From NCBI RefSeq assembly GCF_009914755.1, contig NC_060926.1: a DNA stretch of 64,000 bases, one strand, 5' to 3'. The DNA comes from the human T2T-CHM13v2.0 reference genome, Homo sapiens. The first letter of the stretch is position 1. Every line of letters starts with the position of its first letter. The notes beneath the pieces are model-generated. The model made no database searches, was not told the origin of the DNA, and saw only the letters and a list, made by a program, of their open reading frames with translations. Below, in pieces: positions 55,010 through 64,000 of the stretch. A program made the translations under genes and the position numbers.

Positions 55010-56330
55010 ATGTGAGCTAGAGCAACAGAAGGAAGGTTCTCCAGGTGATCCTGACTAAAAATACTTAGTCCATGGACTCCGGCGGCCCTGATGGAGATGA
55101 TCTGTAATGACCGTTACACACTGGATAGAAGGCTCAAGATTCCTCTGTGGTTTTTAAGCAAGGCAAATGCCTCCTAAGTAAACTATTATGTGAGATAACT
55201 TGATAACTTGATACTGACTTGTGGAGTTAGAGAGTTTGCCATTTTGGACCCACAATGACTTTTTATATGAAACGTCTATTCACAAATTAAGTGCTATCTT
55301 ATTAGAGTAACCATACTTCTCCTTTTCCACATCACATTTAAGATTCCACATAACATTCAGAGAAGGTGATGGACTAGTGTTCTTGGAAGCCCTAGGTGTC
55401 CTTAAAGAGGGAAAAAGAGTAGTGGCTAGGAGCCTGCTTTCTGGAGATAATTATTTGCATTCAAATCTTCAACCTTATAAGCTATTACTTAACTCTAAGT
55501 CAGCCTTATAAGCTAATCTTATAAACTGTACTCTGAGAAACTGGTTTCACCTCTCTGTGCCTTGTTTTCCTCACCTACAAAAGAATATGACTATGATGCT
55601 ATACTTGGGGTTGCTGTGGGGTTTAAATAAATTGACGTATGAAAAGTTGTTAGAACTGTGCTGGGCATATCATTACATTTTACAATTTTAAAATATCATC
55701 ATCATAAGTTAGTCTTCTGGAAAATTGAAATTGTTTATTCAATTTTAATTTTCAGGGCCTAGCTATAGTGCTAACTGCAAAATAAATGAACAATCTCCAC
55801 TGTTTTGGAGGATGCCATCTTCTAGATGGCACAATAGCTCTGGTTTGACAACTTATAGAATAGCCCAAATACATAGGTTAAGAAGAAAGAAATGGAATTG
55901 AGGGCCAAGGAAAAGATATCTCTCTACCATATCTACTGACAAACTCTTATTTTTTTCTCAGTCCCTATGCATCTGTAGTAGATGTTTTATTAACCCAAGG
56001 GAGGAATGTTTCGACCCCTAGACTTAATTATACCACTCAACACAAAAGCGGAACCTGTCATAAGACTGACTAATCAAGGTTTCTCATGACATACAGGGAA
56101 GCAGGTAAAAAACAGGTACATGGGGAACCAAGGTTTATAACACATATCAGAAAAGAATACTTCCTTTGAAATCTTTTGTTCAGTTTTAGAAACAATCAAC
56201 TATTGCAGTTTTTATGGGCAGAGCATTATTGTCTTGAAAACCAAGTTTTGTTGAACTCAAAGAGCAAATAAGGACTAGCTGAAGCGATATGAAGGGCAAA
56301 AAAATAGCAGTGTTGTTGATATAATAAACA
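55010..56330 (+). mobile_element. Very decayed ERVL internal (pol-like) fragments, interrupted by a MIR at ~55420-55670
   Basis: CCTCTG.GG.TTTT.AAGCAAGGC.AATGCC and AGGGAGGAATG.TTC.ACC resemble ERVL pol-region consensus; sense MIR core CCTCTCTGTGCCT.GTTTTCCTCA.CT..AAAA. Confidence 0.5.
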
Positions 56331-57705
56331 ATTTATAAAGAGTTTATATATTTGCCAAAACTGATTCAACTCTATGCTTAAGATATGTGCATTTTACAGA
56401 AGGAAAATTATGCCTCTGTGTGTGTTACAATATAATTACAACATAAATTTCAATATATTGCTTTATTTATCATAGGCACACATAAATATATACATTTATA
56501 TTTGTTTTATTTATTATCTTAATACACATATACAAAATTTGTATTCATATTACATATACATGTAAATTTATATGCAAGTATATACATATACAAGCAAAAG
56601 TGGAAAGAAAAGGAGAAACAAATCTACAATCATCATATTTAAACACTTTATTATACATTTCAATATAGTGACCAAGTTTAATGCAATATTAGCAAATAAG
56701 ATCCATTCATATATAAATGGGATAGAACATCATGACCAAGTGAGATTATTTCAGGTGTGTAAGAATGGTTTGCATTCAAAAACCAACTAAAATTATCATT
56801 AAATTATCAATAAAGTTGATATTAACAAGTATTCCCAGTAAATGCCTAGGCCTAATCAGCACACAGAAAATTCAAATTATCTGAAGGGAAAATGGAATCA
56901 ATTGGCATTTGTGGGGTAAAGATCATATACGGTAAAGCTGACCACTTTAAAGTGTATAATTCAGTGGCATTTAATACGTTAATTATGTTGTGCAGTTCCA
57001 AAAGATTTTCATCACTCCAAAGGGAAGCCCTGTCTCCATTAAGCAGCGGCTACTCATCCTCCCTTTTCCTAGCTCCTAGCAACCATTAATCTGTTTTCTG
57101 TCCCTATGGATTTATCTATTACAGATATTCAAGACAGCTGACATAATAAATATGTTATCTTTTGTATCTGTCTTCGTTCACTTCGCATAATATTTTTAAG
57201 GTTCATCCAGATTATAGCATGCATCCGTATTTTATTCTTTTTTATGGTTGAATAATATTCCATTGTATGGTTTATTAAATTTTGTTTCTTTGTTTATCTA
57301 TTGTCAACTTTTGGCTACTGTGAATGGTGTTGCTATAAATATTCATATACAAGTATTTGTTTGTTTGAATACATGTTTTCAGTTCTTTTGAGTTTATATG
57401 CCTAAGAATGTAATGACTGGGCCATATGGTAAATATTAACTTTACTTTTTAAGAAACTGCCAAACTTTTTTCTAAAGTGGCTACAATATATTACATCTCT
57501 CCCAGCCAAGTATGAAGGTTCCAGTTTTTCTATAATATCACCAACACATATATTCACCACCTTTTTTCATGATAACCATTCTAGTAGCTCTGAGCTACTA
57601 TCCCATTGTGGTTTTTATTTGCATTTCTGTAATGACTAGTGATGCTCGGCATCATTGCATATACTAAGAGGTGGCTAGTTACATATCCTCTGTGAAAAAA
57701 TGTTC

Positions 57706-58306
57706 CATGGATGCTCTGAGGCTTCTGGCAGGCCAGGCTCTGGAGGAAACGTGCTGCACTTGCACTCTCTCAGAGTGAATAGCACCGTGAGACAGGCCAG
57801 GCTCATGGCTCAGAAGACAAATCACACACGCACTCAAGGGGACAAAAACAAACCCCACACAAAGGGTTTCTCCTCCTTCTCCTAAGTGGTATTTATTTTC
57901 AACACCTGCTTGATGCAGTTTTTAATCCTCTACCTATTGAGCTGTTGTGACTTACTGGTCATTATTTGATTTTTGTATGAAAAAAAGCTTGGTTATAGAA
58001 ATCAGCATACTATTTTTTTTTTATTCTGGAGAGAGATATTCTGGTGACTGAAAATATGGTCAGGTGTCAGATATAAATGTGCAATTGCCTTCTTGCTATA
58101 CTGTTGGTCTCAGTAGATTCACTTTATAGCCGCTGGCAATATCAAAGGTTCCTTTTTCGTTTGTTTAAGCGCTAATTTCTATCAAGGTGTCATGGATTTT
58201 TAAAATTAGTATTTCATTACAAATGTCTTAGTGTTGGTTAACTAATTTTTGCCAGGACCATTATTGATCAAGCTAATAAATTGAACAGCCATTTGGGAAA
58301 AAGAAA
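57706..58306 (+). pseudogene. 5'-truncated processed retrocopy of an mRNA 3' UTR
   Basis: About 600 bp of non-repeat sequence interrupting an L1; AATAAA at 58275-58280; A-rich tail from 58298; TSD AAAAAATGTTC at 57695-57705 and 58307-58317. Confidence 0.85.
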
Positions 58307-59397
58307 AAAAAATGTTCACTCAAGAACTTTGTCAATTTATAAACTGAATCGTCTGCCTTTTAGTTAAGTTGTAAGTGCAGTGCTAGTCTTATAGAATGAC
58401 TTAGAGAGTGTTCCCTCCTCTTCTATTTTTTGGAAGAGTTTGAGAAGGATTAGTGTTAATTCCTCTTTAAATATTGAGTAGAATTCACTAGTGAAACCAT
58501 TTAATCCCAGGCCTTGTGGGGAGGTTTTTAATGACTATTTTATTTTCTCTGTTTGTTATAACTTTGTTTCTATTTATTTCTGAGTCAGTTCTGGTAGTTT
58601 GTGTGTTTCTTGAAATTTGTCAGTTTTGTCTAGTGTACCTAATTTGTTGGCATACAATTGTTCATAGCCTTCTCTTAATAATTCTTTTAAAAATATGGTA
58701 AGTAATACAGTAATTTATAATACTCTATATATCTCCACCTTCATTTCTGATTTTAGTAATATGAGTCTTCTTTTTTCTAAATCAGTCCAATATAAAAGTT
58801 TGTAAATTTCATTAATCCTTTCAGAAATCAACTCTTGATTTCATACATTTTCTCTATTGTTTTTCACTTCTCTATTTTACCTGACTTACCTGTTTTTGAC
58901 TTAACGTCTATTTTGTCTGACAATAGTATAGTCATTTATTCCAGGTTACGTATGTAGATCACTATCTTTCATCCAATCTGGGAAGTGTTCAGCCACTATT
59001 TCTTTAAATCTTCTTTCTGTCCTTTTCTCTCTATCCTCTCCTTCTGAAATTCCCATTATATGTATGTAAGTATGTTTGATGTCATCCCATAAGTCTCTTA
59101 GGCTCTATTCATTTTTTTCAATCTTTTTTCTTTTATTTTGTTAAAGATAATAAGGCAGAATTTATTCAAGGGATACTATGGAGATAAGGATAGGGACCAA
59201 TGCAATGGGGTCTTGCAGTGGGGGAGAAATATTAGACTCAACTCCCAGTCTTTTTTCATTCTGCTCCTCAGACAGTGTAGTTTTAATTGTCCCATCTTCA
59301 GGTTCACAGTATATTTCTCCTATTTATTCAAATCTGGTATTGAAACTTTCAGTGAATTTTTAATTTCAGTCAATATATTCTTTTCATCACCATAATT

Positions 59398-59460
59398 TCT
59401 ATTTGGTTCCCTTTTTTAACTTTTATCTATTTGGTTCCCTTTTTTAACTTTTATCTATTT
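59398..59460. repeat. 28-bp tandem duplication
   Basis: TCTATTTGGTTCCCTTTTTTAACTTTTA twice, plus 7 further nt. Confidence 0.9.
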
Positions 59461-59739
59461 ATGCTAGGAAACTAGCATACTCTTAGTTTCCTTTATCTTT
59501 TCATCTTTTTTTTTTTAACTCTTGGAGCCTCTTTAAGAGAGTTAATATAAGGTCTTTGCCTAGTAAATCCAATGTCTGTTGTTTCTCAAGTAAAGTCTCT
59601 GTTAATTAATTTTGTTCTTATTAATAGGCCATGCATTAGTGTTTCTTTATATCCTTCATTTTAAAAGTTAGACATTAGAAATATTATAACATGGCCAGTT
59701 TTATATGAGATTCTTTCCCTCTTCAGCGTTTAACTGAAG

Positions 59740-61045
59740 GAAAGCGAGTTAAAATAGAAAGTTTAAATAAGAGCCACAGTTTCATCATATAATATCCAAG
59801 ATATTCAGGTTTCAGTTGATGATCAATCATTATATCAAGAATCAGAAAAATATATTAATAAAACTATATGAGAAAACACCAATAGATGTCAATACTGAGA
59901 TGACAGAGAGGTTAAAATAATTTATAATGATTTTAAATGGGCCATCATAAAAATGCTTCTATAAGCAACTATGAAAACATTAGAAAGAAGTAAAAATAGG
60001 AAGCTTTAGAAAAGAAATACAAAGTCTCAGCAAAAAAAAGATATAAAAAGAACCAATACAAATTTTAGATCTGAAAATTCCAATAACTGAAATAGAAATT
60101 CAAACTCAAAAGTGGAATGGGTGGGACAGAGAAAAAAATCAGTGAAAATGAAGACAGAACAAAAAGAAAATAATACCCAATCGAACAACAGAGAAATAAT
60201 AGATTAAAGAAGTAAACTCAAGGACCCGTGGGACTATAAAAAGCGATCTAACATTTGTGTTTTTGGAGTATTGGAATGAAATGAGAAAGAGTGTGGGACT
60301 AAAAAATATCCAAAAAGACATGGCTGAAAACTTTATAAATTTGGTAAAAGAAAGAAATCTATAGATTCAAGAAGCTAAACAAACAAAAAAAGGATAAATT
60401 CAAATAAAGCCATGTCAAGACACATTATATTAAAATTTATGAAAACCAAAGACAGAAAAATCTTGAAAACAATAATAGAAACACTTAATCTATTAACAAA
60501 AAGTAATTCAAATGACAGTAGATTTCTCACCAACAACCACAGAGGCAGGGAGGCAGTGACACAATATTTTTCAAGTTCTGAGAGAAAAGAACTGCCAGTC
60601 CAGAATCCTATATTCAGAGAAAATATCTTTCAGAAATAAAAGGAAAATCAGATAGAGAGAAACTAAGAAAATTTGTCACCAGTACACCTACTCTAAAAGA
60701 ATTGCTAACAAAATTTCTCTAAACACAAAAGAAAAGGTAAAATAAGACATACTGGAACATCAGGGAGGAAAAATAAACACAGAAGACAAAAATATAGGTC
60801 AATACAATGGAATTTCTTCCTCCTTTTGAGTTTCTTAGATTATGTTTGAATGTGGAAGCAAACATAATAACATTGACTTGGTTGTAATTCATGTAGATGA
60901 TCATTAAGACAATTATATCATAAATATGAAGGATAAGAAAAAGGAATCTATGAGTAAATAAAATCTCCCCACTTCAACTGAGTTGATAAAAAAATGACAC
61001 CAGTAGATGGTGATAAGTTATTCATATGTTGTATAATACTTGGAG

Positions 61046-61094
<49 letters not shown>

Positions 61095-62180
61095 ATCTAT
61101 CACCTATTTATCTATGTAGATATACTCAAAAACACTATCAATAGTGCCTATGAAAATCAGAATGGAATTCTAAAATATATTCAATTAACTGACAGTAAGG
61201 CAAGAAAAAGTAAGCAGAAAACTGTGTAACAAAGAGAACAAAAAGAAAACAAAAACTAAAATGGCCTACTTAATTACTAACATATTAATACTTACTTTAA
61301 ATGCAAATGGGTTAATTCACCAATTAAAAGGCAGACTGGAGGTTTAAGAAAATTACCAAGATATATATTGTGTATGTGAAATTGCAACAAATATAGTGAT
61401 ATTGACAGGTTAAAAGTAAAAGGATGCAGAAAGGCATGTCATGCAAACGTTAGTCAAAAGAAAGCAGAAGTTACTACTTTTAATACCAGATGAAGCAGAA
61501 CTCATAGCAAAAAATATTTTCAGAGACAGAGGTGGGCATTATATAATGACTAAATGTTCAATCCACCCAAAAGATATAATATTTCTAACTGTGGATGTAC
61601 TAAAGAGCTGAACTGCAAGATATGTGAAGTAAAAATGTCTAGAACTGAAAGGAGAAAAAAGACAAATATACAGTTATAGTTGGAGAATTCAAAACATCAC
61701 TCTGTATGATTGATAAATACAGCTACACAGAAAATCAGCAAGAATACAGAAGAACTCAACAGCACTATCAACCAACAGAATCTAATTGACATTTATAGGA
61801 CACTGTACCCAGCAACAGCAGAAAACACATTCTTCTCAAGTACCCATGGAACACATAACAAGATAAACCATATTATGGGTCATAAAACAAACTGTAATAT
61901 ATTTAAAAGAATTGATATCATATAGAGTGTATTCTTTGACCACAATGAAATTGAATTTGAAATCAATACCATTAAGATAAAAGAATCTTCAAACACATGG
62001 AAACTAAAAGGCACACATTTAATTGCTCCATAGTTCTAAAATGAAATATCAAATAACGTTTAAAAACACATTAAAGTGTAAATGAAAATGAAAGTTTGAC
62101 ATCAAAATTTGCATGACACAGTAAAAGCAGTGCTGTGAGAGAAATTTATAGCACTAAACATATATATCAGGTGAGAGAAA
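59740..62180 (+). mobile_element. Old L1: ORF1 region, inter-ORF and ORF2 endonuclease region, decayed
   Basis: TAGATTCAAGAAGCT, AGAATCCTATATTCAG, TTAAATGCAAATGG..CACCAATTAAAAGGCAGA; ORF 61710-61925 (LIDIYRTLYP..TFFSSTHGT..KINHIMGHK) matches the L1 endonuclease. Confidence 0.9.
61046..61101. repeat. (TATC)11 TTTC (TATC)2 tetranucleotide STR
   Basis: Counted directly. Confidence 0.95.
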
Positions 62181-62309
62181 AAGTGAAGTAACCTGATTAA
62201 ATATAGGCAATAGACATTTCTTTATTAATCAGGTTGGATATCATAATCTGATTTTTAAAATGACCTGAAAAGTGCTGCAATGTAAGCCATGTTCAAATTT
62301 CTAAAAAAT

Positions 62310-63205
62310 AATAATCTGAATAGACATTCCTCAAAAGAAGACATATGAATAGCCAAAATGTATGTGAAAAAAATCACTAACCGTCAGAGAAATGCAAATT
62401 ATAACCCCAATGAAACACCACTTCATATCTGTTAAAATGGCTGTTATCAAAAAGACAAAAGATAACAAGCGTTGACAAGAATATGAAATAAAGGGAAACC
62501 CTATACACGGTTGGTGGCAATGTAAATCAGTATAGTCATTACAAAAAACAGTACGGAGATCTCTCAAAAAAAGTAAAATAGAATTACCATACAATCTAAC
62601 AATTCCACTTCTGGATATATGCCCAAAAGAATGAAAATCAGTATGCCAAAAAGATATCTGCATTCCCACATTTATTGCAGCACAATATACAGTAGACAAG
62701 GCAAGGAATCAACCCAAGTGTCCATTAACAGATAATTAGATAAAAAATGTGGTATATATACACAATGGAATATTCTTCAGCCTTAAAAGAAATAAATCTT
62801 GTCATTTGCAACAAAAGGAATGAACCTGGAGGATGTTAAGTAAAGTAAGGCAGGCCCAGAAAGACAAATGCTGTGTGATTTCAGTGACACGTGAAGTGTG
62901 AAACAGTAGAACTCAGAGAAAGTAACCAGAGCCTGGGAGTTGGGGGAATTGAAGAGATGTTTGTTAAAGGATACAAAATTTTAGGTAGAAAGAAGGAATC
63001 AGTTCTAGATATCTATTGTACATAACATGGAGTATAGATTATAATAATATTGTATATCAAAAATTATAAAAAAGTAGATTTTAAGTGTTGTCATCACAAA
63101 AACAAGATAAGTGAGGTAATGTTTATGTTAGATACCTTTATTTAGCCATCCCACAATGTATACTTATATCAAAATATCATTTTGTACACTATGAACATAC
63201 AGTTC
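62310..63205 (+). mobile_element. L1MA-type ORF2 end and 3' UTR
   Basis: AATAGACATT..CAAAAGAAGACATA, GAAATGCAAAT, ATACACAATGGAATATT, TTAAAGGATACAAAATTT, CCACAATGTATACTTATATCAAAA. Confidence 0.9.
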
Positions 63206-63211
63206 TCATTC

Positions 63212-64000
63212 CACATTCCAACAATGTTCACAGCATCTTCATCAAGAGTAGATTCTATCTAAAGAAACAACTTTCTCTGCTCATTTATAAAAAGCAACTC
63301 CTTATTCATTTAGTGTTATCATGAGATTACAGCAATTCAGTCACATCTTTAGGCTCCACTTCTAATTTTGTTTCTCTTGATTTTTTCCTACCACATCTAC
63401 ATTTACTTCCCCTGCTGAAATCTTGAATCCTCAAAATCATCCATGAGGATTGGAATCAACTGCTTCCAAACTCCTGTTAGTGTTGTTATTTGACCTGCTC
63501 CCATGAATTATGACTATACTCAATGGCATCTAGAATGGGAAATTCTTTCTAGAAGTTTTTCAATTTGCTCAAATTCATTGAAAGAATCATTATGGCAGCT
63601 ATGACCTAACATAATTTTTTTCAAGTAAAAAGACTTGAAAGTCAAAATTACTCCCGAATCCATAGGCTGTAGAATGGATGTTGTGTTAGCAGGAATGAAA
63701 ACAATGTTAACCTCCTTGTATATCTCCATCAGAGCTCTTGAGTGACCAGGTGCATTGTCACTGAGCAGTAATATTTTGAAAGGAATTGTTTTTTCTCAAT
63801 AGTATATCTCAACAGTGGACTTCAAATAGTCAGTAAATCATGCTGTGAACAGATGTGCTGTCATCCAGGCTTTGTTGTTCCATTTTTATCGTATAGGCAG
63901 AGTAGATTTAGCATAATTCTTAGGCCTCAGGATTTTTGGAATGGAAAATGAGCATCATCTTTAAGTTGAAGTCACCAGCTGCGTTAGTCCCTAACAGGAG
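63212..64000 (-). mobile_element. Tigger1 transposase region (decayed), running off the window end
   Basis: ORF 63520-63729 [27 protein letters not shown] matches the pogo/Tigger DDE domain motif; surrounding DNA matches antisense Tigger1. Confidence 0.93.

Larger units (their letters stand above)
56920..59700 (-). mobile_element. Old L1 (L1MB-like 3' end plus ORF2/ORF1 pieces), antisense; hosts the retrocopy
   Basis: TTTAAAGTGTATAATTCAGTGGCATTT, GAATAATATTCCATTGTATGG, AAGAAACTGCCAAACT, TTTTTTGGAAGAGTTTGAGAAGGATT, TCAGCCACTATTTCTTTAAAT. Confidence 0.88.

Noticed and set aside
58960-60720. Head-to-head L1 ORF1-like segments as a possible twin-priming inversion
   Set aside because: Both cover similar ORF1 regions, but I cannot see shared TSDs or a clean breakpoint. 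Independent old insertions are the simpler explanation.
61026-61229. ORF with IYLS repeats
   Set aside because: It is the translation of the (TATC)n microsatellite.
63520-63729. DDE-domain ORF as a possible domesticated transposase (TIGD-like)
   Set aside because: It is only 69 codons and diverges from the transposase after FKSFYL, indicating a frameshift. This is an ordinary decayed Tigger1.

Overview
This is AT-rich, CpG-depleted primate (human or ape-like) non-coding DNA, either intergenic or part of a very large intron. I found no recognisable protein-coding gene, tRNA, rRNA, CpG island or CRISPR array. Most of the window is layered transposable-element debris: ten Alus, many L1/L2/L3/MIR fragments, MaLR and ERV LTRs, two internally deleted proviruses (an ERVL type at ~13-16 kb and a tRNA-Pro-primed ERV1 at ~41-44 kb), and Tigger1/MER DNA transposons. 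The listed ORFs are either repeat-derived or short chance frames. Four things go beyond routine repeat annotation: (1) an old, direct ~780-bp local duplication (29.7-30.4 kb vs 39.0-39.8 kb) with a third partial copy; (2) a TSD-flanked, polyadenylated retrocopy of an mRNA 3' end inside an L1 (57.7-58.3 kb); (3) minus-strand exon-like units (27769-27869 and 19890-19970) downstream of the ERV1 5' LTR and its splice donor, suggesting a possible LTR-driven spliced lncRNA; (4) a MER41B LTR with both STAT1 GAS sites mutated. I do not see a new biological system that the sequence alone can support. Repeat subfamily names come from my memory of consensus sequences. Boundaries are approximate unless TSDs are quoted.
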